Virus record (IMG/VR): IMGVR_UViG_3300049215_000171
Location: 3,273 to 67,272 of that record
From: a virus
Length of the DNA stretch: 64,000 bases
Strand: one strand, 5' to 3'
Shown here: positions 22,101-33,100 of the stretch, in pieces
Layout of the letters: each line of letters opens with the position of its first letter
Numbering within the stretch: position 1 is the stretch's first letter
Program-made: the position numbers and the translations under genes
The notes under the pieces: generated by a model
Database searches by the model: none
The model's input: the letters and a program-made list of their open reading frames with translations, nothing else
Told to the model about the DNA's origin: nothing

Positions 22101-23279
22101 TTGTGGACAACCGCTGGTATAATAGATTATTCTAATAATACTTTAATTTTACCATCTAATATTTTAGCGTCACAAGGTGACGCCGTCGAAGTTGTAATTT
22201 TTTCAAGTAAAAATTTACATCAATCACCAACTAAGCTTTCAATTACAGTATCAGATCAAATATCTAATTCTGGTATAATAACAGCTTCTGGCACAACAGT
22301 TACACAGGTAGCTAGTGTTGTTTATACATCTATAAATAATGGGTTAAAGCAAAACGCACTTGAGGCATTTAAAACATTTTTAAATTTGAGTTCAACATCG
22401 GTAATACCGTCTAATATCTATATGATTAGAGTGGTTAAGGTTGAAAAAGTTAGCACGACAACCGGAAATCAAGTGTTAAGTACCATAACAAACTATGATG
22501 TGTTGAATACAAAGGTAAGTAATAATATATTATATGCTAATGAAATGATTCTTGATGCATCATTACAAAATACAGAGTACGTTCTTCCATCAACAACAAA
22601 TAATATAACAAATGCGCCAGTTATAGGAGATAAATTACGAATTACTTTTTATTATGCTACAGATAATGATTTTGAAAATGTATATTTTACAAAGAATGGC
22701 ACGCTGTATACTAACAAAAAATTTGCATTTTTAGATCAGCTATATGCATCCAGCGGATTTAACACATCTCAATCTACAAGATTTACAGTTTCATTTTTTA
22801 CTCAACCCGCTACTGGCTCACGATATACCGCATATTATGATTATTTAGCACCAAAACAAAATGAAAGAATATTAATACAGTACAATTATAATTCTTTAAT
22901 AACCAATACTACATTTACTGTTGAAGGAGCAAGACCAATAAACGCTGACGTTTTAGTTAGGGAGGCTAAACAATTACTCATTGATGCAACATTAAATATC
23001 GTTGTTAGCCCTAACTCTACAAATTCTTCTGCTATAGTTATTCAAAATGTTAAAAATGCGGTTATATCCACAATAAATACAAATACATTAGGAGATGTGT
23101 TGAATGCTTCACAGTTAATTTCGTCCGCACAGGCAGTAAGCGGTGTTGAACGCGTTAGAATATTATATTTTAATATAGATGGCCAACCTGGCCAAGTATT
23201 AACAATTACCGCACAAGCAGATCAATATTTGGTAGCGAATACGGTAACTATTGGTCAAGAAAGTATTACAGGTGGCTAA
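19188..23279 (+). CDS. Baseplate J-like (gp6-like) wedge protein with large inserted region (1363 aa)
   Basis: DLKPGTVARDL...DLDKLAQNYGVTR...GGNDQENDATFRNR at the N-terminus; J-like C-terminus (SQLISSAQAVSGVERV). Confidence 0.8.
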   Translation: MVTIKSTNEIILSLIDFFNTAQPNLDLKPGTVARDLIVDAPASQLALLYDEIGKISNLQSLRLVSGSDLDKLAQNYGVTRKIATKSSGIALLTFNSIPAVIAINANSLITSTSGSTFVVLNGISVDPSNANFYKSIATKYQSALGFLNITDQYAVEVSVQATTAGSAGNVSQYSLNQTSIAGVSNVTNTFPFTGGNDQENDATFRNRVLAIFSGSNIGTALGYKNLVLSNTAVSDAVVIGPGNPLMTRDGTQVVKNSDGSYTIISEGTGGKVDIVILGSILTQFINTYIYIDQSNNNDPTNTANIIVLGQIPADVNKTVTQKRIDDIANGVLPAQPVESILQVTGSLSGSNFVPKTIDSLGRISGNYELIKDTGVYGGSPWGFDKFHWVSNKISLFQEDRVKSKFNGQDATTYSDVISISQIKQNIFILSENSNISTSDNSIIQLLHTPITNVTRVFNVNTGETYIITNQNLDGTGSVNTTGRIQISGNTLPASSNILQVDYTWIDSYDPYSDYDGKFLNNNPRPVTDSVDWGISNVVRNERVLFSMNPTSTFFVGTMKHPVSTVVSANYFSFTSGTVVASTVPNFPLRLQVILSPIDNAINSIESIKLTNSDQEVYNTAENDGIIINNRIVVGIQIKYSTIIILPTDTLATLGSLISITYNQQDSFNATNSTGSFSSNQITIPVLNIPISTQSVYLDVTYLTALPDLLSVGITGFPISRSGNGYLLNTNTGSTNTIKSNTLKRENQTVQINGSNQNYITLSIPSSDFSLIQSQVVLVIDLVSNKEIWNNDFPGSIVNTGSAYQLIFSGFNSPAVGDNVLVMYFADDIRRFQPFTYNNVIMNTSSQNLLFDFTNNNFYVPIHNFIIENNITFNIIDNTTGLSVASASDGYIQSVSSNSSVATFSSVSFNFSNIDDLLGKSIKLINTLNINNTGYYSISSYNISSNLITIQFVMDNLSINQISIIRIADNKDLWTTAGIIDYSNNTLILPSNILASQGDAVEVVIFSSKNLHQSPTKLSITVSDQISNSGIITASGTTVTQVASVVYTSINNGLKQNALEAFKTFLNLSSTSVIPSNIYMIRVVKVEKVSTTTGNQVLSTITNYDVLNTKVSNNILYANEMILDASLQNTEYVLPSTTNNITNAPVIGDKLRITFYYATDNDFENVYFTKNGTLYTNKKFAFLDQLYASSGFNTSQSTRFTVSFFTQPATGSRYTAYYDYLAPKQNERILIQYNYNSLITNTTFTVEGARPINADVLVREAKQLLIDATLNIVVSPNSTNSSAIVIQNVKNAVISTINTNTLGDVLNASQLISSAQAVSGVERVRILYFNIDGQPGQVLTITAQADQYLVANTVTIGQESITGG

Positions 23280-26200
23280 TTTAAGAATCATAAATGTGTT
23301 AGTAATTAATAGTACAACTATTAGTGCTAAATTTTCTGAAAATTTAAATGAGCAAATAAACTCATCTAATATTGTTTTAAATTCACAAACGCCAGGAGTT
23401 TTAGATCCATCTGTTGTAAATGTAGATGTTAATGATGATACGCTTAATATCACTGTTCAGCCGTTAGTTCCTCAAGGTGCATATTTTATAATATTTCAAT
23501 CTTCCAGTGAAGTATTATTTAATTCTTTAAATGGTGATGCTACTATTCTAAATGATGGTGTAACAAATCGGCAATTAATATTAGGCCCACTGGATTCAAG
23601 TAATCCTGTTCAACAATATCTTATTAATTTTTTGAGAAATAATGTATATAATTTAGATAGTCCATCAGTAATATCAAATTATATTCAAGGGTTATCTTTA
23701 ATATTATCTAAATCATTATATGATATACGACAGACAAAAAATGAAAATTATCTAACGACGTTGATAACAGATGAATCAAAAACGAGAGGATCTGGACCAT
23801 ATGACAGATTAAATGAAGAAAGCGCCTATGAGGTTTTGAGGGTGGGGAAAAATCCTACTACCGATCCAGTTAAACAATTAACTTCTTTATCCTCGTTTCC
23901 CGCATATCCAGTATCATTGCAATCTGCGAATTATTCAGAAAATTTATCTGTATCTTTCACAGATAAAATTGGATTTTTTAATATAGATACTTTTACAATT
24001 AATTTTACTAAAAATTTTATAATTATTGTAAATAGTATATCATTTGTATATAACTCTTCTTTACCTCCATATATATATGATATATCTAAATACGGATATC
24101 AAATATTAAATTCAAAATATGATCCCGATAATGCTTTCACATATTACTTGCTCTCTAATAATCAGATAATTATAAATAAAGAAATACTAAATGATTTAAA
24201 TTTTTCAACTGAAAATATTGGATATGTTGAAGTAATGTATCAGTATATGGATACTGGAAAAAATTTAGATCCATCTTCCCTAGTTATTGACACCGTTTTG
24301 TTTTCTGGGCGCGAAGTATTACCACCATTAGAAAATACATTTACATTAGTTCATGCACCAATAGTTACCAATACGGATACCATTGGTAATATTGGTAGTG
24401 TTATTTTTACGGATCCCAATCAGTTTCCAGAGTCAAATATACCACATCCAGCATTTTTATATGAAATACCGTTTAGATTAGATTATTTACCTGCACAAAT
24501 AGGAGAGTATTCTGTAGATTATACTTCTGGCAATGTATATGTTTATGGCCAAGATAATAATAAAACCGGGACCGGAGCGTATCCACCATTAGCGACTTAC
24601 TATTATAGATATATTTTTAAATCTGAAATAGATTATGTTTATGATTCTGATAGTTTTGAGTTAATAGCATTGCCAAATGGTAGTTTAATCGGTTCTTCTG
24701 CTAATATAACATTTAATTATGAGCAAGTATTAGCTCAGGGTATAGATTACACGGTTGCCACTCATATTGAAGTATTAAGTGAATTTATACAAAATAGATT
24801 AACTGCAATTAATACTATTCAGCCATTAAATTTTCCAGTAACAGATGTATTTAGAATATTTAATCAAACTAGCGGTGAAGTATATAATGTGTTAAGGTGG
24901 ACAAATAATAAAATATTTTTTAGTTATATTAAAGCCCCCAATATAGTTAGTATAACCGGGGAGCGGGCGTCATTTCAAAATATTTCAAATGAATCCCTTT
25001 CTGTAAATGGTGTAATGACGGTTGCTGGCGGAAATATATTTAAATTTTATCTTAAAAATAATAATATAATTTCTTTATCTCAGGATGAGATAGGATCATT
25101 TTTTAACTCAAGCGTTACATTTTCTAATTTGAATATTTTTAAACAAGAATTATATTTTGACAATTTTTTAAGTGAAAATCAAAACATATCCAAATTACAA
25201 AATATTGGAGATTATCAAATTGATTATACTAATGGTATAGTGTGGTGTTATGTGTTAGAAACACAATCGTTTCTTGTAGGATCAGTATCATATAAACGAG
25301 GATATATAGCACCATCATTTCCGCATATAATATCAGTTGATGATATTTATTATCAGTTAAACGTGTTAAATAAGAAAACAAAACAATTTCAATATAAAAA
25401 TTTTGCCGATGGAAGTATTTTACCAACCTCTTTTGATATTGCTAATGAAGGATTTTTAAATAATAATTTTGATTATCCATATATTATAAATAATAATCAA
25501 ATTGGAACATTCATTAATACAATTTTTACGCCCGGAATTTCTAGTTATATTGGATATATAAGAGGAATATATGAGTATCAAGATTTAGCCAATAATATTA
25601 TACCAATAAATTTTTCTCAACTGGCAACGTTTAATGGTAAAAATATAACCGTATCATCAATCTCGTTTAATGAATATCATTCTATTCAATTCGATGGTAT
25701 TAATTATTATATATTTGCTAATACACCGCTTTTTTATATTTCACCTAATATTACATTAAATATTCAAATTAAAAGGCTTTCGGATAATGTCCAATTATGG
25801 GATAATTCTGGCTCTGTTGTAACCGGGAATCCATTTAAATTGATTTTATCTGGTATAAATGCACCACAAATTAATGACGCTGTTGAACTAACTTATTCAT
25901 ACACAATTAATAATGTATCTAGAGTTATTGTAGATTATGATAAGGGCGGATATTACATAAGTTATACTTATCTGGCAGATGAAATAGTTATTAGTTATGA
26001 ATATGGGGATAATATATTAGATTTTAGTAAATCGATGGTTTTAAATGAAGGCGATACATATTATGCTACATATAGAGTTGGTGCTTTAAGAGACGCTTTA
26101 CTTAAAAATTTTGGAACATTGATAAATATACCAATATTAAATAGTTTAGACGTTTCTTTTGAAAGGGAAAGATATAGAGATGCTCTTATAGGTGCTATGA

Positions 26201-29200
26201 ACACTTTCCCTAGTGGGCCAACCGTGTCAGCCATGAGCGAACTAGTTAATACTATTGTTCATACTCCTCCTCAAATAATAGAATCAGCTTTTCAAAGTTG
26301 GTCTCTTGGAAGTAACTTACTAAATCCACAGCCTGTAACTACAAGTGGTTCGTTTGAATTAACCACGGCAAAATATGATAACGGAGTTGTCCTTAATAAC
26401 GTAGGCCAAATAATTAAATTTCCGGCCATCTCTAATTTGAGACTGGAGCAAGGATCCTTTGAATGCTGGGTAATTCCAGCATGGGACGGAATTGATAATC
26501 AATCCAAATTAATTTTTACAATTACAAAAAATGGACAAGCATTATTACCACAAAATATTTTCGTGGGTCCCAGAGCCTATCATCCAAAATTTATTGATGG
26601 TTATGGATCATTTAGATTAAATCAAAATGATGACGTATTAGGTATTCCTAATGAAAGTAAAGACGGGGTGTTCATTTACTATGCTAGTGATCCGAGTACC
26701 AAATTCAATAGATGGTATATAGATATTTTAGATGGATATGCGGATGGCTACGGAGTTAAAAACTATCAATTAACAATCAAAAGTGATGGAAATTTTTATG
26801 ATGTTAAGTCAACTTTAAATAATCAACCATTAACTGATAGAATTTTTAGTGGTACCGATACTGTGTCGTACAGTATATCTGGTAGTAATAAAATAAATCA
26901 AGGTATAACATTTGTAGCAGATTACAATCATTATATTTTTGATTTTGGAAAAGATAAAAATCATAATCGTTTTTCCATATATAAAGATGAAAGCGGATAT
27001 TTGAATTTTAGAGTATTTGATAAAAATGGCAGGAATTCCACGGTGGATGTTGATATATCTTCGTGGAAAAATGGACAAAAGCATCATGTTGCAACTTCTT
27101 GGTCCTTAAACACAAAAAATAATAAAGATGAGTTGCATCTTTTTATTGATGGGCAGGAGGTGCCGAATATTATAAAATATGGAAGCAATGTGGCACCATA
27201 TTTACATGAAAAATATAGAACAGTCAATCCTGAAGAAATTATTGGTGTGATTAATTCAGCAATTGTTTCCTCAACTGATTTGGTTACAACGCTTGGATCA
27301 AATATAGTAACTTCGTCACTAAATTTTAGTGCTTATGGCATTGTAAACGGTGGAATAATTTATATTGAAGAAATAGGGTTTTCCACATTAGGATACTCTA
27401 TTTTAAATGTAAACGGAAATACATTAACATTATCTTCCACTATGCCGTTATCTATAATGAATGCTTCATTTTCAGTAAATAAAACATCATTTAATGTATT
27501 AACTGAAATTGATTTATATCCAAATATTGCCGTATCATTATTACATTCATTTTTAAATGGTGCAGATTTACAAACAATAGATGGATATAATGTGGTTAAT
27601 TCTATTGGTTTTAATTTTACAACAAAAAATATTTTACCGGGTTTTATTATTAGAATAGCTGAAAGCGGATTTGCCACACAGTATACTATTTTATCAGTTA
27701 ATGGACACAGTCTTACTTTGAATGACGTGATGCCAATTAATTTTTCTTCAGCCATTTTTTATATTTATCAGAATGTTGAGCAAGAAATTCCCGGAGTCAG
27801 AGCATTGCATCCAGCGTATAGCATAACAAGAAATATAGATGATATAGTTTCATTAACTATAACTGATAAGGCATTACCTAATGATATTGTTTTAATAAAA
27901 ACTCTCGGATTGAATCATAGGCTGGTTCACGAAAAATATTATATATGGGGTAGTACATCTAATGTGATCAAAACAAAGTTACCATCACCAATTTTACTTT
28001 CAAATGTTGAAATCACACATTTAATTTTAGATACTTTAAATATTGGATTATCTAATTCAACATTAGTTGGTGGGACTTTTACATCAAATAATATATTCAC
28101 TGATCAACCATCTATTTCTGATAATGGTAGAACTCTTTCTGTGTATATTTCAGGCTCAAATATTGATTATTCAGCCCCTGTCGTCGTTTCAATATACGGA
28201 GTTAATAATACTTCATCACCAGAGATTATTATATTTACTGAAAATGCAACCAAAATAACAACATCACAATTTATATCAATTGATCATGTAATTGTAACAT
28301 GTAAGCCAATAGATCCAACTAAGGATTGCCTAGTAATTTCTATTCAAGAAGCAAAGCCAATAACAGTTTCTGAAAACAGTTCTATTGTTCCAGTAATAAG
28401 ATACAGTTATCAAACTGTTGTGGGTAATACATTAACTGGTTCTGGTAATATTGTATCTGATCAGAATACATTTTTTTCATCTCAAACAATCGGAAATTAT
28501 TTAATTATTACTTTCCCGTTTATTAATGCTGGCCAGTATCAAATAACAGATGTATCACCAGATTATAAATCCATTACAATTTTTCCATCGTTGGTAGCTC
28601 CAATTGTTTCTGGCGGTATGTATGAGGTATTGACTGTTAGTACATATAGAAGCGGATTACAAAATGGATTTTTTACATTAGAAAATGCATCGACACCGGG
28701 AGAACCATATAATCTTGTTCAAGGAATGTATGAATTTAAATATTATACTTATTTATCTGCACCAATAAACACAGGTGATTTATATGCTCACGTTGGTACA
28801 GATTTTACTGGTAAAAATATTTTCAATGGTACTATAGATGAGTTAATGATAGTTTCAGAAAAATTAACCGATGTTAGAATCGGTGAAATGGCACTGGCTA
28901 ATCAAGAAACAATTACTAAAGATTTTAATTCTCTTAAAGCATTAAAGTCAACTGAAAGTACTTTAATGCTACTTCATTTTGATACTTTTCCATTCGTTAA
29001 TGATTCATTAATATATACAACAGCCAGTAATCAATTTATCCAATCATCTGTGAGCGTGAATGATAATTTTGGTAAAAGTATAGTTATTACTGATACTCCA
29101 ATAATTATAGATAATACCGGTATACTCACCTCAAAACAAGAGGGGACCATAGAATTTTGGGTTAATCCATTATATGATACTGGAAATGATCCAAATTATA

Positions 29201-30135
29201 GATATTATTTCGATGCTTCAGCCATTGTTAGTGAAAAGATTATTAGTATTAATAATGCTACCGTAAAAGTGTCTGGTAAAGCATCTAAAATACTTAACGT
29301 TAAATTACAAATTGGTAGCCAAAATATAGATTATTTTGCTGGCGGGACTATTTCATCTGATGCACAAACGCTATATTTAAACAGAGCTTTGCCAAATCAA
29401 CAAACACCAGTTGTTGTAAATTACATACCCACCGGTACAAATGGTGATAGAATATCTATTTATAAAGATCCGTTTGGATACATTAATTTTAATATTTTTG
29501 CATCTGGAGTAAGTTATGTAATAAGAACACCTATTTATTGGGTTAAGGGAACGTGGCATCGTTTAAAGGCAAGTTTTATAGTTAATAGTGGACTTGGAAT
29601 TGATAAAATGAGGTTCTTCGTTGATGGTTATGAAAGAGGAAACGTATTATTTGGTAATGGACTGCTTTTTGGACAAAATCAAGTATTTGGTTCATCGTTC
29701 ACTGGACAAAATGTTATGGAGGCCAGTATAGTATTTAAGGATTCAATTAATGAATTATTCATAGGATCAGATTTTTCTAGAGCCAATGGAGCCTATGCAA
29801 TAATAGATAATTTACGTATTAGTAATATATCTAAGCCATTATTTATGCCTTTTGGCGAATCATTAGATGTTAATTATAGCTCAAATACAAATATAATATT
29901 GCCGGTAACACCCGATTTATATACAACATTGTTATTAGATTTTAATACACTGGTTACTAAAAATACTAATTTTGCAACACTAAAAAATAGTATGACTGGT
30001 TTATCTGATTTTACTATCAATGTATTTGACTCTTTTGATATATTAGCAGATAATGCAGTTGTAAAACAGGTATTGGAAGAACTGATAAATGTTTTAAAGC
30101 CAGCTAATAGTCAGGTGTACATTAATTACTTGTAA
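23272..30135 (+). CDS. Giant baseplate/tail protein with two LamG (concanavalin-like) domains (about 2290 aa)
   Basis: ERYRDAL...GPT gp7/gpI-like segment and C-terminal LINVLKPANS; LamG motifs GSFECWV/HHVATSW/LFIDG/GTIDEL and GTIEFWV/WHRL/FFVDG/IIDNLRIS; GTG 23272 likely start (track start 23251). Confidence 0.65.
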   Translation: MANLRIINVLVINSTTISAKFSENLNEQINSSNIVLNSQTPGVLDPSVVNVDVNDDTLNITVQPLVPQGAYFIIFQSSSEVLFNSLNGDATILNDGVTNRQLILGPLDSSNPVQQYLINFLRNNVYNLDSPSVISNYIQGLSLILSKSLYDIRQTKNENYLTTLITDESKTRGSGPYDRLNEESAYEVLRVGKNPTTDPVKQLTSLSSFPAYPVSLQSANYSENLSVSFTDKIGFFNIDTFTINFTKNFIIIVNSISFVYNSSLPPYIYDISKYGYQILNSKYDPDNAFTYYLLSNNQIIINKEILNDLNFSTENIGYVEVMYQYMDTGKNLDPSSLVIDTVLFSGREVLPPLENTFTLVHAPIVTNTDTIGNIGSVIFTDPNQFPESNIPHPAFLYEIPFRLDYLPAQIGEYSVDYTSGNVYVYGQDNNKTGTGAYPPLATYYYRYIFKSEIDYVYDSDSFELIALPNGSLIGSSANITFNYEQVLAQGIDYTVATHIEVLSEFIQNRLTAINTIQPLNFPVTDVFRIFNQTSGEVYNVLRWTNNKIFFSYIKAPNIVSITGERASFQNISNESLSVNGVMTVAGGNIFKFYLKNNNIISLSQDEIGSFFNSSVTFSNLNIFKQELYFDNFLSENQNISKLQNIGDYQIDYTNGIVWCYVLETQSFLVGSVSYKRGYIAPSFPHIISVDDIYYQLNVLNKKTKQFQYKNFADGSILPTSFDIANEGFLNNNFDYPYIINNNQIGTFINTIFTPGISSYIGYIRGIYEYQDLANNIIPINFSQLATFNGKNITVSSISFNEYHSIQFDGINYYIFANTPLFYISPNITLNIQIKRLSDNVQLWDNSGSVVTGNPFKLILSGINAPQINDAVELTYSYTINNVSRVIVDYDKGGYYISYTYLADEIVISYEYGDNILDFSKSMVLNEGDTYYATYRVGALRDALLKNFGTLINIPILNSLDVSFERERYRDALIGAMNTFPSGPTVSAMSELVNTIVHTPPQIIESAFQSWSLGSNLLNPQPVTTSGSFELTTAKYDNGVVLNNVGQIIKFPAISNLRLEQGSFECWVIPAWDGIDNQSKLIFTITKNGQALLPQNIFVGPRAYHPKFIDGYGSFRLNQNDDVLGIPNESKDGVFIYYASDPSTKFNRWYIDILDGYADGYGVKNYQLTIKSDGNFYDVKSTLNNQPLTDRIFSGTDTVSYSISGSNKINQGITFVADYNHYIFDFGKDKNHNRFSIYKDESGYLNFRVFDKNGRNSTVDVDISSWKNGQKHHVATSWSLNTKNNKDELHLFIDGQEVPNIIKYGSNVAPYLHEKYRTVNPEEIIGVINSAIVSSTDLVTTLGSNIVTSSLNFSAYGIVNGGIIYIEEIGFSTLGYSILNVNGNTLTLSSTMPLSIMNASFSVNKTSFNVLTEIDLYPNIAVSLLHSFLNGADLQTIDGYNVVNSIGFNFTTKNILPGFIIRIAESGFATQYTILSVNGHSLTLNDVMPINFSSAIFYIYQNVEQEIPGVRALHPAYSITRNIDDIVSLTITDKALPNDIVLIKTLGLNHRLVHEKYYIWGSTSNVIKTKLPSPILLSNVEITHLILDTLNIGLSNSTLVGGTFTSNNIFTDQPSISDNGRTLSVYISGSNIDYSAPVVVSIYGVNNTSSPEIIIFTENATKITTSQFISIDHVIVTCKPIDPTKDCLVISIQEAKPITVSENSSIVPVIRYSYQTVVGNTLTGSGNIVSDQNTFFSSQTIGNYLIITFPFINAGQYQITDVSPDYKSITIFPSLVAPIVSGGMYEVLTVSTYRSGLQNGFFTLENASTPGEPYNLVQGMYEFKYYTYLSAPINTGDLYAHVGTDFTGKNIFNGTIDELMIVSEKLTDVRIGEMALANQETITKDFNSLKALKSTESTLMLLHFDTFPFVNDSLIYTTASNQFIQSSVSVNDNFGKSIVITDTPIIIDNTGILTSKQEGTIEFWVNPLYDTGNDPNYRYYFDASAIVSEKIISINNATVKVSGKASKILNVKLQIGSQNIDYFAGGTISSDAQTLYLNRALPNQQTPVVVNYIPTGTNGDRISIYKDPFGYINFNIFASGVSYVIRTPIYWVKGTWHRLKASFIVNSGLGIDKMRFFVDGYERGNVLFGNGLLFGQNQVFGSSFTGQNVMEASIVFKDSINELFIGSDFSRANGAYAIIDNLRISNISKPLFMPFGESLDVNYSSNTNIILPVTPDLYTTLLLDFNTLVTKNTNFATLKNSMTGLSDFTINVFDSFDILADNAVVKQVLEELINVLKPANSQVYINYL

Positions 30136-30164
30136 TTATTTAGCATATTAGATAGGAATATAGA

Positions 30165-33100
30165 ATGCGAATACCGGTTTCCGCTCCCCAGAACGCTTGG
30201 TTTGACACGCAGAACGTGGATAATACCAATCTTACACTTGAACAAACTCACGATAATACGATACAATCTGGAATAATTAATAATCATTTTGGTTCGGGGG
30301 TTTTACCAGATTCTTTAATTCAGCGTATTTTATTTGATTCTTCATCAGCCAATGGCCTACTAGATGGCAAACCAATTAATATACAGTTTCAACCATCAGA
30401 CAGTAATAATGGAAATCAATTAGAAATTGAATTAATTAACTCTCAAGCGTCTGGTAATAGGACAGTAAAAGTATTAGTTATAGGGTTAGATTTTCAAAAT
30501 AATTTACAGTATGATAGATTTACTTTCGATAGAAATGAAAAGCAGTTAAGCTATAAACATTATAGAACAATATTAACATTATTATTTAATGATTTTATAG
30601 GAACAGCAAATCAATCATTGAATCTTGGTGGTAGAATAATAATTCGTGAAACAAATCCATTGACGCTGTCAAGAGATTGTATGATGATATCTCAGGATAT
30701 TGAGCCTAACTTGTTTTTTAGAGATTTTTTTGTCACTACCGGTAGCACTCTAGCAACAACTTTAACGTCCGCATTGCCAAGTTATAATATAGATAATTTA
30801 AATATTAAAATAGAACCATTACAGTTTGCCAGCATTGCCGAAAATGATGTAAGCTCACAAATAGCTCAAAAATTTTTAGCCACAACGAGTAATATTCAAA
30901 AAATCACTCTTCTTTTTTCTGTTATTAACAACACTACGCCAGCCAATTTAGTATGGACTGGCGATTTGTTAATTAGTATTTATCAGTTACAAACTACGAT
31001 TTCTTGTCCAACAGACGTTGCCCCTCAATTAGCAATTGATTTCGATCCATCCAGTATACCGTTAGCGCAGTTAAGCGTGAATTATTCGACTCTTTTGGCA
31101 TCAGGAATACAGTTAAATACTGTACCGCAACCAGTTGATTTTATATTCAGTAATACTCCGGTTGGTTCTGGGCTGGTTATAAAACCAAATAATTACTATG
31201 CTGTTACCGTAAAACGAGCAGGATCAGCAGATACATGCCAAATACAATTAGCTGTCGGCAGTAATACCGCATCAAACACAAGGGAAACATTATTTAATGG
31301 TAGCGTGTGGGTTGATGTTCCAGAACAGTCATTATGGTTTCAGGTATGGACTGATTCCGCGAAAGTATCGGATGGGCAAGCGTATGATGCTGGTAATGGG
31401 GTTTTTGTTCCAAAAACGCAAATTGATCCAACTACCGGATTAACTATTGATTATGTGTTGGACAATATTCCATTTGTTAGAAATGATTTATATTACGCTT
31501 TGTTACAGGCTATTACACAAGACAGTAATCCAGTTCAGAGTGAGAGAACTGGAGAGCCAGTATTTACTGAACAACAATTAGTACCATCAATCACTTTATT
31601 AAATGCAACGTCCCTAGCAAATATACAAAATGTTTCGGTGCCATTAATAATTGGCACCATATCCGATCAAAATATAAAATCGTATAACGCATTTACATCA
31701 ACTCTTTTCGCGTCATTTCATGAATACGGGATGATTGGTAATGAAATAGTTTTAAAAATAATAACTGATCCGACAGATGGATACAGATATGATCAAAATA
31801 TAATTGAGTTAGTATCTGAATTAGTTAATGGAACATTAAATGGTGCAAAATTAATTCCAAATATATCTAATCCATCATTATATTATAAAATATCGAAAGC
31901 AGAGCTGATATCTATGATGTACGGTGATATTAATGGTGATGGTATCATAGATAATAATGATTTAATTTTAGCACAACAATTATCTGTAGCTAATTTAAAT
32001 ATTATACCAACTTATAATATGTATATTCAGCAAACAGAATTATTTGTTGCAGATGGATATTTACATTGGCAAGTTTTAGATTCAACATTAAATGTTATAG
32101 CATCTGGTACGGACGGTATTTTAGTGCCAAATCCATCAAATGGCGCCCAAGCAAATTTCGCTAGTGCGTCGGCTAGTTTTAACAGTATAATGAATTTGGG
32201 AAGCGATACACTTTCTATAACTAGTTCTGTCACCAGTCCTGGTAATAATGGGATAACTTCTATTATCAATCTAATAGATAATCATACTATAACTATACAA
32301 AAACAATATTATACATCAGATACAATTTTACAAATTATGAGATCAGATATTAATGGCGATATGATACTAAATGCTACTGATATAAGTTATATTTCTAATT
32401 ACGTCAATGCTGTGCCCCCTATACCAGCAACAACTTCACCTGCAAATAAAATAGGTACGTCATTCAACGCCATTCGTATTACATTAGAAAAATATATCGA
32501 TCGAAATGATGATTATCCTTCTAATGGTGTTAATAGAGGAAGCACACTTCATCCGTTACCAGATATATATTTAGATGGATATACATTGTTTGCTGGTCAA
32601 AATCTACAGATAAATCCGTTATCGTTCAGTATAGTTAAACAATTAGAGTGGGTTCCATCTAGCGTTGTTGTTGATGCTAATCCAAGATTGGTTCCAGCGT
32701 CATTTAATTATCAATCGGGATACACAGATCCATTGTGTGGAATTAATGGGGTTCAATCACAGGTATATCCAACTGCCAAATCATTTGATCCGGGAAGAAA
32801 TGATTTTTTCATATCAAATAATTTGGTAGTTAATGATGGTGGTCAATTTATACGACCTGATGGATATTTTATGAAAATGGATTTTGAGATGTCCACTGTG
32901 TTACTGGAAATACCAGATGTATCATTCGATACAGAGCATAGTATTAATTTGTTAACTGATTTTATTGCAGATTATTCTGGAACTGGATATACTAGATTAG
33001 GATATCCAGCCATGAAATTTGCTGATTGCACCAACGTTAGTTTAAATGCGTTTAATCTAAGTCAGATTAGGCTTGGCGCCTCAGTACAGTCATTTTCTCC

